Shown: positions 14,520 through 24,000, counted from the stretch's first letter. The stretch is 24,000 bases of DNA from Bacillota bacterium (GCA_023386265.1 JAEWKA010000004.1:480492-504491); one strand, 5' to 3'. Notes: generated by a model not told the origin, from the sequence alone. Numbers and translations: made by a program.

Positions 14520-15998
14520 TTATATATTTTTGATAAGACCCGTTTCCTCATTGAACTCGTTAATGAGCTCGTCAAGCTGTTTAGCCTGACCGTGGATGGA
14601 TTCCCATGTGTGCTCTGTGTCATACCAGAGGGCGTTGATTTCCTCGTAGGTTTTGCCCTGCTGCTCGACCCACGTGTAGTACTTAAGGTTATGGACTCTC
14701 TTGCGCTCTGCATAGGTGAGCTCAAGCAGGTTATCCGTACGAACGCCGAGCATGTGCAGGTTGTGGTCGACAGCGGCAGCCTTATCGCTGTACTCGCCGT
14801 GTGCTACGCGTAGCTCTTCGATTCTGGAACCGTACATAACAGCGGAGTCAGTCAGAACTGTTGCGACTACGTCGTGCTCAGTCAGTTCATAGTACTTTGC
14901 CATCTTTATGCAGCAAAGGACGTTTGCAATGCCGGAGATGCCGAGCCATGTGAGCTTTTCGATGAGTTCCTTGGAAAGTCCGAGTTCCTCTGCAAGATAT
15001 TTCTGGCCTTCGGGAGTATTGAAAAGACGAAGCAGTCTCTGGCTATCTTCATCGTCGATGGCAATCGCCATATCCGTATTCTTAACATTGTGAATCCAAG
15101 GAATGTGCTTATCGCCGATACCTTCAATTCTGTGACCGCCAAAACCGTTGTCCAAAACAGTCGGGCACTGGAGAGCCTCGCCAACGGCGAGCTTCAGGTG
15201 CGGATACTGCTCCTTAAGGTAGTCGCCACTCGCCATAGTTCCGGCAGATCCGGAGGTGAAGCATGCACCTGCGAAATGGTCGCCGGGACGCTTGATGCTT
15301 TCAAACACATCAGCCAAAGCGTTTCCTGTTACCTGATAGTGCCAGAGGTAATTGCCCATTTCCTCGAACTGGTTGAAGATCATAACGTCGTCGCGTGTAT
15401 TTTTCAGTTCCCAAGTCTTGTCGAAAATCTCCTTGACGTTCGACTCGCAGCCCGGAGTTGCGATAACTTCGCCGGCAATCTTGGAAAGCCAGTCAAATCT
15501 CTCACGGCTCATCTCTGCGGGTAGGATAGCAATGGAGTCGACAGCTAGAAGTTTGGAGTTGAAAGCTCCGCCACGGCAATAGTTGCCTGTAGACGGCCAA
15601 ACGGCTTTTTGACGAGTCGCGTCGAACTGGCCTGTGACAAGTCTCGGTGCGAGGCAGCCGAAGGAAGCGCCGACCTTGTGGCAGCCGGTGGGAAACCATT
15701 TTCCGGCCATGCAGACAATACGCGCGGGTACTCCTGTAAGCTCAGGAGGCAGTTCAACAAAGTTCGGCACATTGTTATAGAGACCGCCGTGCTCTTTTGG
15801 CTCGTTTTTCCATGTAATACGGAACAGGTTTAGGGGATTAACTTCCCACAAGCCCACATTTTTGAGCTTCTCACGAATACGCTCCGGTACTTTTTCCGGA
15901 TTTTTCATCTGCTCGTATGTGGGAATGATAACATTGTTTTCTTTTGCCTTGCGAATGTTGTTTTTTAGGTTTTCACGATTAATGCTTAGATCTATCAT
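14520..15998 (-). CDS. PLP-dependent enzyme of the TrpB/CysK (fold-type II) superfamily, specificity unknown
   Basis: The lysine motif FPTGCHKVGA is TrpB-like (compare HTGxHK). The protein is about 492 aa with a long N-terminal extension. The ATG at 15998 (MIDLSINREN) follows GGGGGA; the track start at 16013 is a TTG inside the SD. The gene ends 20 nt before the thrC-like gene. Confidence 0.7.
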   Translation of the reverse strand: MIDLSINRENLKNNIRKAKENNVIIPTYEQMKNPEKVPERIREKLKNVGLWEVNPLNLFRITWKNEPKEHGGLYNNVPNFVELPPELTGVPARIVCMAGKWFPTGCHKVGASFGCLAPRLVTGQFDATRQKAVWPSTGNYCRGGAFNSKLLAVDSIAILPAEMSRERFDWLSKIAGEVIATPGCESNVKEIFDKTWELKNTRDDVMIFNQFEEMGNYLWHYQVTGNALADVFESIKRPGDHFAGACFTSGSAGTMASGDYLKEQYPHLKLAVGEALQCPTVLDNGFGGHRIEGIGDKHIPWIHNVKNTDMAIAIDDEDSQRLLRLFNTPEGQKYLAEELGLSKELIEKLTWLGISGIANVLCCIKMAKYYELTEHDVVATVLTDSAVMYGSRIEELRVAHGEYSDKAAAVDHNLHMLGVRTDNLLELTYAERKRVHNLKYYTWVEQQGKTYEEINALWYDTEHTWESIHGQAKQLDELINEFNEETGLIKNI

Positions 15999-16049
15999 TT
16001 TTTTATCCCCCAATTATATTCGAATTTTCAAAAGGGTCATCTTTTTCTT

Positions 16050-16078
16050 ATAATAGCATGTTCGGACCTTAATGGCAA
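16050..16078 (-). promoter_or_regulatory. sigma-A-type promoter for the two-gene PLP operon
   Basis: The minus strand reads TTGCCA, a 17-nt spacer, then TATTAT. The implied leader is only about 45 nt. Confidence 0.45.
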
Positions 16079-16222
16079 TGCTTTATTAAAAATTTTTAGC
16101 TGTTCTAAATAATTTTTTGATTATTTCATATGGGAACAGTGTGTAGATTACATTACAATTTAAAATCCTTGTAAGACTCTTCCATCCATGACGTTGGCAA
16201 CTTTATTTTGCAGCAAATTAAC

Positions 16223-16266
16223 TCAAATACTCCGGCAAAGGTTATGTACCCTGCCGGAGTATTTGA
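16223..16266 (-). terminator. strong hairpin terminator after the giant surface-protein gene
   Basis: TCAAATACTCCGGCA pairs with TGCCGGAGTATTTGA (15-bp perfect arms, 14-nt loop). It begins 10 nt after the stop, and the U tract is weak. Confidence 0.6.
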
Positions 16267-16275
16267 ATTTCAATT

Positions 16276-19200
16276 TTAAATTAGTCCAGATTTTTGTAGC
16301 AGGCGCTGAACCATAACAGCAACTTCCGCACGAGTCACATAATCTTTCGGTGAAATCGTTGTAGTGGTTGTTCCGTTTACAACTCCAGCTTTGAGGCAGG
16401 CAGCTACACTAGCCTTTGCGTAATCAGAGACTGCCGCTCCATCTGAATACTTTGAAATGAGATCGTTCATTTCAAAGTCTGTCAGATTTACACTTAGACC
16501 TGTAAACTTCATTGCTCGAGCCAGTATCGCCATCGCCTGCTCGCGGGTTATCGTATCGTTCGGGCCATAAGATGCGCTGTCATAGCCAGTTATGAGCGAG
16601 TATGCCGTAGCGGTGTCGACATAACCGTTAAACCAGTCTGTCATACTTACATCTGCAAAGCTGCTCTCTGTCGTGCCCTTCTGTAAGCCCATCGCTCTCA
16701 CGACTATCGCTGCAAACTCCGCTCTCGTGATGCTTCTGCCAGGCTCGTATATATTGCTTCCTACGCCGGTTACGACCATTCTTGAGCCCATGTCGTTGAT
16801 TGCTGCCTGTGCCCAATAATTTACTACATCAGTAAATTCGATGGGATTCCAAATTACTGAATATGTACTGTTCGTCAGACTGTTTATCTTTGCGTAGTAT
16901 TTTCCGCCTACTGAAACTATTTGTGTAGGCACGTGGCTGAAGGTTCCATCGGCATTAAGCACTATGCCCGTCGTTACCTTGCTTGGGTCAATTCCGTCCG
17001 GAATCGCAACAGTACGCTCGACATAGCCGTTAAACCTGCTAACATCTACTGTCTTGTCGCCGCTAGTGCAGGTAATGGTGAACTCCACCGGCTTCACAAC
17101 CAACTGATAGTTGCCCTTGTTAGCCGTGTCCTCAATTATCTTGACCGTATCCGCTGTAGGTTCGGCTATTGATACGCTCACCTTGATGTCCTTGAGTGCG
17201 ACCTGTGAGCCCAGTTGCGCCGATACGCTGTCGATGTTAATCTGGGACGCAGGCAGAGTATAGGTGACAGTGTCGGTCCTGATTTCGAGCGTCGCTTCCT
17301 TCTGCTCCATATTCTTGACCGTCTGACCGCTCAGCTCTCCGACTGTGACATCGGAACCCGAACTCGGTAATGTTACGGTCGGCTTTTCGCCGCTGCTCTC
17401 AAGTATTTTGTCAAGCTTTGTATCGTCGACCTTTACCGTTATCACGGTCTGACCGCCGGAGGTGATGGATGTGCTAGACGTTCCCGCGTCCTGCTTCTGA
17501 CCGTTGACCTCGACAACTGTGCTGGTTGTAGAACCGCCGGAACCGCTGATTAACTGCTGGGTAACTGTAACTGTAACAGCTTTTTCAACATGGAAAGATC
17601 CGTCGGTTACGGAAATCTCCAACTTATAGTCATTTTTAGCGTCTGCGTCAGTCGGAGAGTTGAAGGATGGAGCTGTTATAAATGTAACGGCACCGGAAAC
17701 TATGCTGAACTTTGCCGCGTCCTCGCCTCCCGTGATGCTCCATGTGAGACTATCTCCTTCAGGGTCCGAAGCCGCCGGAGTGAAGGCTGTTGTGCTACCC
17801 TCAACAACGCTTATCGCGGCTTCTGTGGAAATCACGGGCGCGTCATTGACAGGGGTAATTGATACATTGAATGTCTGGTTTGTAACGCTGTTTGATCCGT
17901 CGGACACCGTGAACTTAAAGCTGTCTGCTCCGTTAGCATTTACGCTAGGCGTATATTTTATCTTTCCGGCGTCAATGTCTTCCTGTGTAAACGTTCCGTT
18001 TAAGGCTATTGCAGCTCCGTCGTTTGACAAGGCACCCTTCGTCGGTGCAGTCGTCATCGTGTAAGTAATCGTCGCAGAATCAACATCACTGGATACCAAA
18101 TATGTATCTATTGATGTAGCCGCATCGTCCTCGTTAAGTGTTAAGGCATTATTCGTTCCCACTGTCGGGGCGTCGTTTGCCGCAGTAATGCTCACGGTGA
18201 AGGTTTGTGTCTCCGACAAAGTGCCGTCTGACACTGACACAGTAAAGGTTTCGCTCTGGTCAGAACTGAGAGCATTGATAGCGGAATTGTTAGGAACAAA
18301 GACATAGGCGCCGTTGCTTTTGACATACAGCGTACCGTAAGTTCCGGATTTTGAAACGTCATAATCCGTTCCGCCGATATTCGCCCCTGCCCCGCCGCCG
18401 GAAATGCCGTAGGATAGAGCTGCTACACTGTCACGGTCGCCGCCAGAAAGAGTTCCTTCGGTGTTGCTGAACGTATTGGCTGCTGCAGTATCGGTGTAAG
18501 CCGCCACAGATGGCGCGTCGAGGGTCGGCGTATCGTTGACGCCATTGATGGTGATGGTCAGTGTGTTCCCTGCCGTGCCGGCGCCATCTGACGCCTCAAT
18601 CGTGAAGACATCGGTTACGGTAGCCGTCTGTTCGTTCAGTTTTGCATTGCTGATGGGAACATAGACATAGGAACCGTCACTGCTCTTGACGTACAGCGTG
18701 CCATAGGTACCGGCTTTGGAGACATTATAGGTAACAGCGTCAATGTCAATATCGCCCAGCATTCCGCCGTTGATTCCATAACCGGTAATAGTTCCGGAAT
18801 TCGCCGTTGCGGTTATCTTTCCGGCCTTATTTCCAAATGTATTGTTATCTGCAGTATCGTCATAACTCTGGCTAAGCGAACTAACTGTAGGACCGCTAAC
18901 CACTGTTACTTTGATTGATTTCGCGTTCGTGTTGCCGGCTGTATCGGTTGCGGTTACCTCCACAGTATAGTCGCCGACACTTAAGCCTCCGGCATTATTT
19001 ATCTTCAGGTCAGCGCCGGAAATTGAAAACTTGTCCGCATTGGTGCCGCCGGTTATGGACCATACACGTGCATCGGTAAAGCCGGAAATCGCCGTTGCAT
19101 CAGTCGCTGTCAGTCCGCAGACTGTTGCGTCATGGGTCGCCGCAGTCGTGCTTATGGTCACAGTTGCGGATGTTGAAACAGACGGCGCTGTCGTATCGAT

Positions 19201-22200
19201 GACAAGGGTCTTTGTACCTGTGGTCGAGGTATTGCCAACTGTATCAGTCAACGTGGCTGAAATGGTATAGCTGCCCGCCGTGTAGGTATGTGCCGCGCTC
19301 GTAAAGCTGCCGCCTGCCCCGATGGTGCCGGTGGCATGGGACGAGCCATCCCCAAAGTCCAGATCGACGCTTGCTCCCGTTTCGCCGCTGACGGTGATGG
19401 TTTGAGAGGTAGTCTTTGTAATGCCGTCGTTAACGAGATTTCCAATATCCGAACTGATAGTAATCGAAGGCGCAACGGGGGCCGTGTTGTCCACCTTAAC
19501 ATTAGACGTATCGCCAACGCTGTACAGCATCAGAGTTGCGTCATTTCCGGCGGCGTCGCGCAGTGTGCCTCCGTTGGCAGTGAGCGCGACGGCAGTAATG
19601 CCGTTGCTGTCGTTATCGTCGGACTGCACGTTGTAAGTGAAGACCAGCGCCGTTGAGTCACTTCCTGATTGGTAAGTGGCGTACCTGGTTGTACCGCCGA
19701 TATCCAGCGCGATGCGCGGGGTACCGTCGGAAGTTTCCACAATGACGGCTTCGTTAAAGTTTACCGTGAAGTCAAGATTCTGCCCGGCCTTGTAGGTGCC
19801 GTTAGCCGGCACTGCTACGGAGCTTACGATCGGTGCCGTAGTATCGATAGTTATACTCAGAGACGAGGAAGCAACGCCTGCGTTGCCTGCAGCGTCAGTC
19901 GCTTTTGCCGTAATAGTGTGTGTACCTTGGGCGAGTGCGCCTGTTGTGTAGCTCCATTTTCCGCTTCCATCTGCAGTTACGGAGCCAAGCAACGTCGCGC
20001 CGTCATATAGCTTAACGATGCTGCCAGCTTCCGCTGTACCTGTAAGGGTCGGCGTAGTGTCGCTTGTTAAATTATCGTTATCTAATGTGCCGAAATCCGA
20101 GGCTGTCGCCAAATCAGGCGCTGACGGCGCTGACGGTGCCGTCGTGTCTATAGTTACGTTCATAGACGAGGATGCCACACCTGTGTTACCTGCAGCGTCA
20201 GTCGCTTTTGCCGTGATGGTATGATTACCCGCAGAAAGCTCAGAGGAAGTTATGTTCCAGCTGCCTCCGGCGGCTGTTGCGGTGCCAAGCACTGTCGTGC
20301 CATCGGTGTCGTAAAGCGTGACGGTGCTGTTTGCCTCCGCTGTACCTGTAAAGGTCGGCGTTGCGGTGCTTGTGATGTTGTCAGTGTTTGACGAACCCAA
20401 GTCCGTTGCTTCCGTCAAATCCGGCGACGAGGGTGCTGCGGGAGCCGCTGTGTCCACAGTTACCTTATAGCTGCCGCTGGATGACCAGTTGCCCGCGGTA
20501 TCTCGCTCCTGTACGTAGAGAGTGTGTTCGCCTTCAGGCAAGGCGGCCGGCGTATATAAGGCTGTCGTAGTCTCTGTTGCGTCCGAGGCGAAATCGCTGC
20601 TGTCCAGCTTGTATCTGAAGGTGCCGTTTCCGCCACCGCCACCTGTTTCCCATTCCCATGTAGGCGTGGTGTCATTTGTTGCTGCAACTGAGTTCGTGAA
20701 TGTCGGTGCGTTCGGCGCTGTGCTGTCCACAGTTACCTTATAGCTCCCGCTCGCCGACCAGTTGCCAGCGTCGTCTCGCTCCTGCACGTAAAGTGTGTGT
20801 TCGCCTTCGCTCAAAGAGGCAGGCGTATATGAGGCTGTAGTAGTCTCTGTTGCGCCCGATGAGAAATCGCCGCTGTCCAGCTTGTATCTGAAGGTGCCGT
20901 TACCGCCGCCGCCTGATACCCATTCCCATGTGGGCGTGGTGTCATTTGTCGTTGCATTATCGCTTGTGACTGTCGGCGCGGAAGGTGCTGTGCTGTCCTC
21001 TGTGATTACAACGCTCGCAGTTGCGCTGTCATTGCCTGCCGTGTCTGTTGCTTTTACTACAAGCGTATTTACTGCATCCTGAGTCAAGCTTACACTGATG
21101 GAATAGTTCCCGCCTGTGGCTGTTCCCGTTGCTTGAGCGGCACCTCCGGTAATGGTTATCGCTGAGCCTTCTTCCGCGGTGCCGGTTATTGTAATACTGT
21201 TCGCATTTACCGTTTGCGCCGCAGTTGTGATGACAGGTGTCGCGGGTGCCGCTGTATCTATCTTCACGCTCAGGGGTGAAGAAGCCGTGCTTGTCCCCAA
21301 AACTGTCGTTGTTTTTGCCGTTATGCTGTGGGTTCCTGCAGACAGCGCTGAGGAGGGCGTGATACTCCATGTTCCATCTGTCGCTGTTACAGTTCCAAGC
21401 TCTGTGGTGCCATCGGTGTCATAAAGCGTAACGGTGCTGCCCACTACTGCCGTGCCTGTAAAGGTCGGTGTTGTGTCGCTCGTAATGTTGTCACTGTTTG
21501 ACGAACCCGAATCCGTTCCGTCTGTCATATTCGGTGTTGACGGCGCGGCCGGCCCCGGTGCTGTTGCATTACTTATGCTAAATGAAGCTAAACTCAAAGC
21601 TCGCGCGTTTTGAGCGGTTGCATAGACAATAAAATAGTTTAAATCTTTCTGGGACAAGCTGGTAAAATTTGTAAAGTCAGCTGTTAAAGCAGCATCAGAA
21701 TAATGCACAGATGTAGTACCTGTACTTATAGTTTTATCAGTAGATCCGTCTAAATAATGACCAACAATATATACATTACTTAAATTACATGTAGGCACAG
21801 CATAGGCAAAAAGATGAATACCTTGAAGTCTAAATGTGCCTAAGGTTGATCCGTTAGCAGCAACTTTGATTGCAATTGTTCCAGGTGATGTTGAGCCAGT
21901 TATATATGAGCCATAAGTTGTGCAATATTTTACATTTTCTGCGCTACCACCCAGAGTAGCGCTAACCAAAAAGTAACCATTAGTTATAGTAGCTCCAGAA
22001 CTATAATCAGCAAAGCCTGTCACGCCACCATCGGCCGGCAGCAGAATGCTCATAAACTTCCCGATTGCATCTTTTGCAAAGGGCAGATTCCCCTCAACAT
22101 CGCCAACGACAGCTTCGAGCGTCCAGTCGCCGCCCTTTTCTTCCGAGCCGGTGGGGTTAATTGATGCGGCAACGTCCGCCCCCGTTACCTGCGCGAGCTT

Positions 22201-23058
22201 TTCGATAAAGGCTTGTCCAGCGTCGCCCTTTGCGATATTGCAGCCGTAGAGCTGAATATCGCCGTCACTGCTGATATGCGAGGATATCTCCGACCACTTA
22301 TCCGAGTTTTCTTCCAGCGCTTCGGAATCGATAGTGCTGTTTTCAAATTTGAGCTTTCCGCTTTCGCCGTGGGAGATGATGTTAAGGCAGTCGACCGTGC
22401 CCATTTCCTGAAGCTTTTCAAGGATAGCATCAAGCGGATTGTCGTCATCGTCAAGCAGCAGGATTTCTCCCTCGTTTACGGCATCTCTGAGGATTTCCCA
22501 ATCCACCAAGTCGGTGTCGATAACCGTTAGGGTTTTGGTTTCAAGCGCAGCCATAAATGCAAGATCGGAGTCGTCGTCAACAAGAACACCGCTGTTCTGC
22601 AACGGCTCAAAATCGTTTGCCAATACAGGATTTGAGAAGAGGTGCAGCGAGGTGCTTTTTATATCCTGCGCAGCGGCAGGCGCCCTCATATCCAGATAGC
22701 TGTCGCTGTCCATCGTCACGCCGCTGTCATCCGCAAGCACCTGTGAATATGCGGTTTCGGCCTTCGGCTGATAGTCGTTCGAGGCAAGCGCCATTGCGGG
22801 CGTGCTCTGCAAGGCAGCCAAAAGCGCGGCAACTGTAACGCAAGAAGCCACCTTTTTGTGCAACGCACTACCCTGAAACGCTTCGGAAATCTTCTCAATT
22901 ATCGTTTTATCGTCGAGCTTCTGATTTGTATCAATTTTCTCGAGTAGCTCAAGGCATGCTCTTCTCTGCTTGCCTGTCTGCAGATAGCTCTCGTCGATCG
23001 AGTATTTATTAAACATTGACTGCTGATAAGTTGAAAAGCGATTAATTCTTTTCTTCAT
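16276..23058 (-). CDS. giant S-layer-anchored surface protein/adhesin: DUF4347 head, Ig-like, VCBS-like and cadherin-like repeats, and three C-terminal SLH domains
   Basis: A single 2,260-codon ORF. Its ATG at 23058 has GGGGGAG 7 nt upstream (the track uses GTG at 23061).
- DUF4347-type region, about 22530..22102: [10 protein letters not shown]...[30 protein letters not shown]...GGDWTLE.
- Ig-like modules: [17 protein letters not shown]...[15 protein letters not shown].
- VCBS-like modules: [10 protein letters not shown].
- Cadherin-like modules ending in VNDAP.
- SLH triplet, 16836..16279: [16 protein letters not shown]..., [17 protein letters not shown]..., [19 protein letters not shown].... 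Confidence 0.93.
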   Translation of the reverse strand: MKKRINRFSTYQQSMFNKYSIDESYLQTGKQRRACLELLEKIDTNQKLDDKTIIEKISEAFQGSALHKKVASCVTVAALLAALQSTPAMALASNDYQPKAETAYSQVLADDSGVTMDSDSYLDMRAPAAAQDIKSTSLHLFSNPVLANDFEPLQNSGVLVDDDSDLAFMAALETKTLTVIDTDLVDWEILRDAVNEGEILLLDDDDNPLDAILEKLQEMGTVDCLNIISHGESGKLKFENSTIDSEALEENSDKWSEISSHISSDGDIQLYGCNIAKGDAGQAFIEKLAQVTGADVAASINPTGSEEKGGDWTLEAVVGDVEGNLPFAKDAIGKFMSILLPADGGVTGFADYSSGATITNGYFLVSATLGGSAENVKYCTTYGSYITGSTSPGTIAIKVAANGSTLGTFRLQGIHLFAYAVPTCNLSNVYIVGHYLDGSTDKTISTGTTSVHYSDAALTADFTNFTSLSQKDLNYFIVYATAQNARALSLASFSISNATAPGPAAPSTPNMTDGTDSGSSNSDNITSDTTPTFTGTAVVGSTVTLYDTDGTTELGTVTATDGTWSITPSSALSAGTHSITAKTTTVLGTSTASSPLSVKIDTAAPATPVITTAAQTVNANSITITGTAEEGSAITITGGAAQATGTATGGNYSISVSLTQDAVNTLVVKATDTAGNDSATASVVITEDSTAPSAPTVTSDNATTNDTTPTWEWVSGGGGNGTFRYKLDSGDFSSGATETTTASYTPASLSEGEHTLYVQERDDAGNWSASGSYKVTVDSTAPNAPTFTNSVAATNDTTPTWEWETGGGGGNGTFRYKLDSSDFASDATETTTALYTPAALPEGEHTLYVQERDTAGNWSSSGSYKVTVDTAAPAAPSSPDLTEATDLGSSNTDNITSTATPTFTGTAEANSTVTLYDTDGTTVLGTATAAGGSWNITSSELSAGNHTITAKATDAAGNTGVASSSMNVTIDTTAPSAPSAPDLATASDFGTLDNDNLTSDTTPTLTGTAEAGSIVKLYDGATLLGSVTADGSGKWSYTTGALAQGTHTITAKATDAAGNAGVASSSLSITIDTTAPIVSSVAVPANGTYKAGQNLDFTVNFNEAVIVETSDGTPRIALDIGGTTRYATYQSGSDSTALVFTYNVQSDDNDSNGITAVALTANGGTLRDAAGNDATLMLYSVGDTSNVKVDNTAPVAPSITISSDIGNLVNDGITKTTSQTITVSGETGASVDLDFGDGSSHATGTIGAGGSFTSAAHTYTAGSYTISATLTDTVGNTSTTGTKTLVIDTTAPSVSTSATVTISTTAATHDATVCGLTATDATAISGFTDARVWSITGGTNADKFSISGADLKINNAGGLSVGDYTVEVTATDTAGNTNAKSIKVTVVSGPTVSSLSQSYDDTADNNTFGNKAGKITATANSGTITGYGINGGMLGDIDIDAVTYNVSKAGTYGTLYVKSSDGSYVYVPISNAKLNEQTATVTDVFTIEASDGAGTAGNTLTITINGVNDTPTLDAPSVAAYTDTAAANTFSNTEGTLSGGDRDSVAALSYGISGGGAGANIGGTDYDVSKSGTYGTLYVKSNGAYVFVPNNSAINALSSDQSETFTVSVSDGTLSETQTFTVSITAANDAPTVGTNNALTLNEDDAATSIDTYLVSSDVDSATITYTMTTAPTKGALSNDGAAIALNGTFTQEDIDAGKIKYTPSVNANGADSFKFTVSDGSNSVTNQTFNVSITPVNDAPVISTEAAISVVEGSTTAFTPAASDPEGDSLTWSITGGEDAAKFSIVSGAVTFITAPSFNSPTDADAKNDYKLEISVTDGSFHVEKAVTVTVTQQLISGSGGSTTSTVVEVNGQKQDAGTSSTSITSGGQTVITVKVDDTKLDKILESSGEKPTVTLPSSGSDVTVGELSGQTVKNMEQKEATLEIRTDTVTYTLPASQINIDSVSAQLGSQVALKDIKVSVSIAEPTADTVKIIEDTANKGNYQLVVKPVEFTITCTSGDKTVDVSRFNGYVERTVAIPDGIDPSKVTTGIVLNADGTFSHVPTQIVSVGGKYYAKINSLTNSTYSVIWNPIEFTDVVNYWAQAAINDMGSRMVVTGVGSNIYEPGRSITRAEFAAIVVRAMGLQKGTTESSFADVSMTDWFNGYVDTATAYSLITGYDSASYGPNDTITREQAMAILARAMKFTGLSVNLTDFEMNDLISKYSDGAAVSDYAKASVAACLKAGVVNGTTTTTISPKDYVTRAEVAVMVQRLLQKSGLI
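19831..20440 (-). repeat. two tandem ~303-nt (101-aa) Ig-like module repeats inside the giant gene
   Basis: Each module ends in IDTTAP, with boundaries at 19831 and 20134. An identical 26-mer, CCTGCAGCGTCAGTCGCTTTTGCCGT, occurs at 19886 and 20189, exactly 303 nt apart. A third, more diverged copy lies at about 21240..21545. Confidence 0.8.
20452..20997 (-). repeat. two tandem 273-nt (91-aa) repeats inside the giant gene
   Basis: GTCCACAGTTACCTTATAGCT occurs at 20452 and 20725. The units encode ...[14 protein letters not shown](G)[12 protein letters not shown]...[26 protein letters not shown]. They are highly similar and differ by a 3-nt indel in the Gly run. The plus-strand shadow ORFs at 20522 and 20795 begin with the same peptide. 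Confidence 0.9.
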
Positions 23059-24000
23059 CACTGGTCTCCCCCTGTTTATTCTCCGGCTTATTTCTCTCTA
23101 AATTTTCCACCCAGCTGCTTCCAAGCGGTGTTATTAAGGCTCTGTGTCTTAAAGATTGCTGATAATTCAAGATGTTTACTCTTTTTAATCCGTTCAGTAT
23201 ATGCACATCATACAGTTCTTCAACGCTAGTGTCGTACTTGATTTCTCCGACGGTTTTGCCCGTGTTTATATCGACGATTACAACTCCCGCTTTTATTTCC
23301 TTGTCCACAATGTCCAAATCGGAGAATGTGTGGGTTTTTCGCAGTTTGCTGACACCGATAAAAGCATAGTTCTCGATGAAGCTCAGACCTCTTATAAACC
23401 CGTCGATTTTTGCGACTTCCTGATAGGTTCCGTTTTTCAAATCAGCCTTAACCAGCTTTTCCTCTGCGGAAAGAAGCAGATAAACTTCCCCTTTATAAAT
23501 TCTCGGCGAATGGGGCATTGGCAGCTTGTCAAGAACTATTTCGTTTGTGCTTACATCAACAAGAATTCCGCTCGTTAATTTGCTTTCCCGCCAGCCCTCC
23601 TTCGAGGTGGTGGCTCCAAAAGCTGTAACATATTTGATGTCGGCATTCTCATCCACAGCCATGCCGTTAAGGTGGCACAAATCCTGTGGAAGAAACTCAT
23701 TAATAAAGGGCGGCTTCCAGATGGGGTTAAATGAATACTCTCCGTCTAGTCTCGAAAGACAACTGAAGGAGGTGTTGACACCGACAAGTCCCTGATTCGT
23801 AAACGCAATGTCGTGGATATCGACAAAGTCTGTTCTAAACATGGTTGTCGGAAAATAAAAAGCGTCATATGTGTCCGGCTTTTCGGGATAGGTTTTGGCT
23901 AAGTTCAGGTCTGTTCTGAAAACCGTTGTTCCCAAGGCACCGGCAAGGGCCATCATATCGCCCTTTACGGCAATTCCCATTGGCCTTTGAAAATCTCTGA
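23042..24000 (-). CDS. TIGR03032/DUF4915-like protein of unknown function (5' end beyond the window)
   Basis: The motifs [37 protein letters not shown] and [11 protein letters not shown] match what I remember of the TIGR03032 family. The frame stays open upstream of the track's Met (..[11 protein letters not shown]), so the true start is probably beyond position 24000. Its stop at 23044..23042 overlaps the giant-gene start. Confidence 0.7.
   Translation of the reverse strand, partial: RDFQRPMGIAVKGDMMALAGALGTTVFRTDLNLAKTYPEKPDTYDAFYFPTTMFRTDFVDIHDIAFTNQGLVGVNTSFSCLSRLDGEYSFNPIWKPPFINEFLPQDLCHLNGMAVDENADIKYVTAFGATTSKEGWRESKLTSGILVDVSTNEIVLDKLPMPHSPRIYKGEVYLLLSAEEKLVKADLKNGTYQEVAKIDGFIRGLSFIENYAFIGVSKLRKTHTFSDLDIVDKEIKAGVVIVDINTGKTVGEIKYDTSVEELYDVHILNGLKRVNILNYQQSLRHRALITPLGSSWVENLERNKPENKQGETSDEEKN

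Noticed and set aside
14874-15524. Plus-strand 216-aa ORF. Similar antisense ORFs lie at 8931..9419, 2647..3000 and 12388..12764.
   Set aside because: All lie antisense within strongly supported minus-strand genes and lack SDs or motifs. They are typical shadow ORFs.
14520-15998. Calling the 492-aa PLP enzyme OrtB (2-amino-4-ketopentanoate thiolase beta subunit).
   Set aside because: Size and fold class are compatible, but no small OrtA-like gene or other ornithine-fermentation genes are adjacent, and I cannot verify sequence identity from memory. I kept it as a fold-type II PLP enzyme of unknown specificity.
16014-16049. T-box or amino-acid riboswitch upstream of the PLP operon.
   Set aside because: The best promoter (16050..16078) leaves only about 45 nt of leader, too short for such elements. 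The remaining 16079..16222 is AT-rich spacer between a terminator and the promoter.
19831-20997. Diversity-generating retroelement (template/variable repeat) explanation for the near-identical repeats in the giant gene.
   Set aside because: Differences between the repeat copies involve all four bases plus an indel, not adenine-specific substitutions. No reverse transcriptase is present in the window, and the repeats are in-frame structural modules.
22860-22865. Re-annotating the giant gene to start at the internal TTG, which would give a textbook signal peptide (MHKKVAS...).
   Set aside because: The upstream ATG at 23058 has a much stronger SD (GGGGGAG), and the 67 intervening codons look protein-like. 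I reported this as an open question rather than changing the call.
1-24000. Mobile element, prophage, CRISPR array or defence-island signatures.
   Set aside because: I found no integrase, transposase or recombinase ORF, no terminal inverted repeats, no spacer-repeat arrays, and no tRNA or attachment-site-like duplication in any frame.

Overview
The window is 24 kb of chromosomal DNA that looks like a Firmicutes/Clostridia genome. This is an inference from GGAGG-type ribosome-binding sites, sigma-A-like promoters, a yjdF-type gene and an SLH wall anchor. I found no rRNA, tRNA, CRISPR array, transposase or integrase. Twenty-one protein genes are supported, and 18 of them are on the minus strand.

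Positions 1-12.0 kb are a dense run of small genes for DNA repair and xenobiotic handling:
- an AlkD-like glycosylase, Ogt, a VOC/glyoxalase-fold protein, a HAD hydrolase and ThpR;
- an SPL-type radical SAM enzyme flanked by two AraC/GyrI-like regulators;
- a DrrAB-like ABC-2 exporter with a MerR regulator that has two HTH domains;
- YjdF behind a structured leader, then YjbR/MmcQ, an MBL hydrolase and a UDG-superfamily glycosylase.

Positions 12.0-16.0 kb hold an orphan prepilin-like gene with a roughly 225-nt leader, and an operon of two fold-type II PLP enzymes.

Positions 16.3-24.0 kb hold a 2,260-aa giant surface protein (DUF4347 head, Ig-like, VCBS-like and cadherin-like repeats, three SLH domains). 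Its start overlaps the stop of a function-unknown TIGR03032/DUF4915-like gene.

The observations I rate most worth following up:
1. The DUF4915-like gene and the giant adhesin appear translationally coupled.
2. A roughly 450-nt AT-rich segment with different codon usage sits inside the adhesin ORF.
3. The same palindrome occurs in two MerR-type promoters served by the double-HTH MerR.
4. Both AraC genes have a strong in-frame internal SD plus ATG at the start of their GyrI-like domain.
5. The yjdF leader has a 10-nt anti-SD/SD pairing.

All family assignments come from motif recognition by eye and need HMM or BLAST confirmation.
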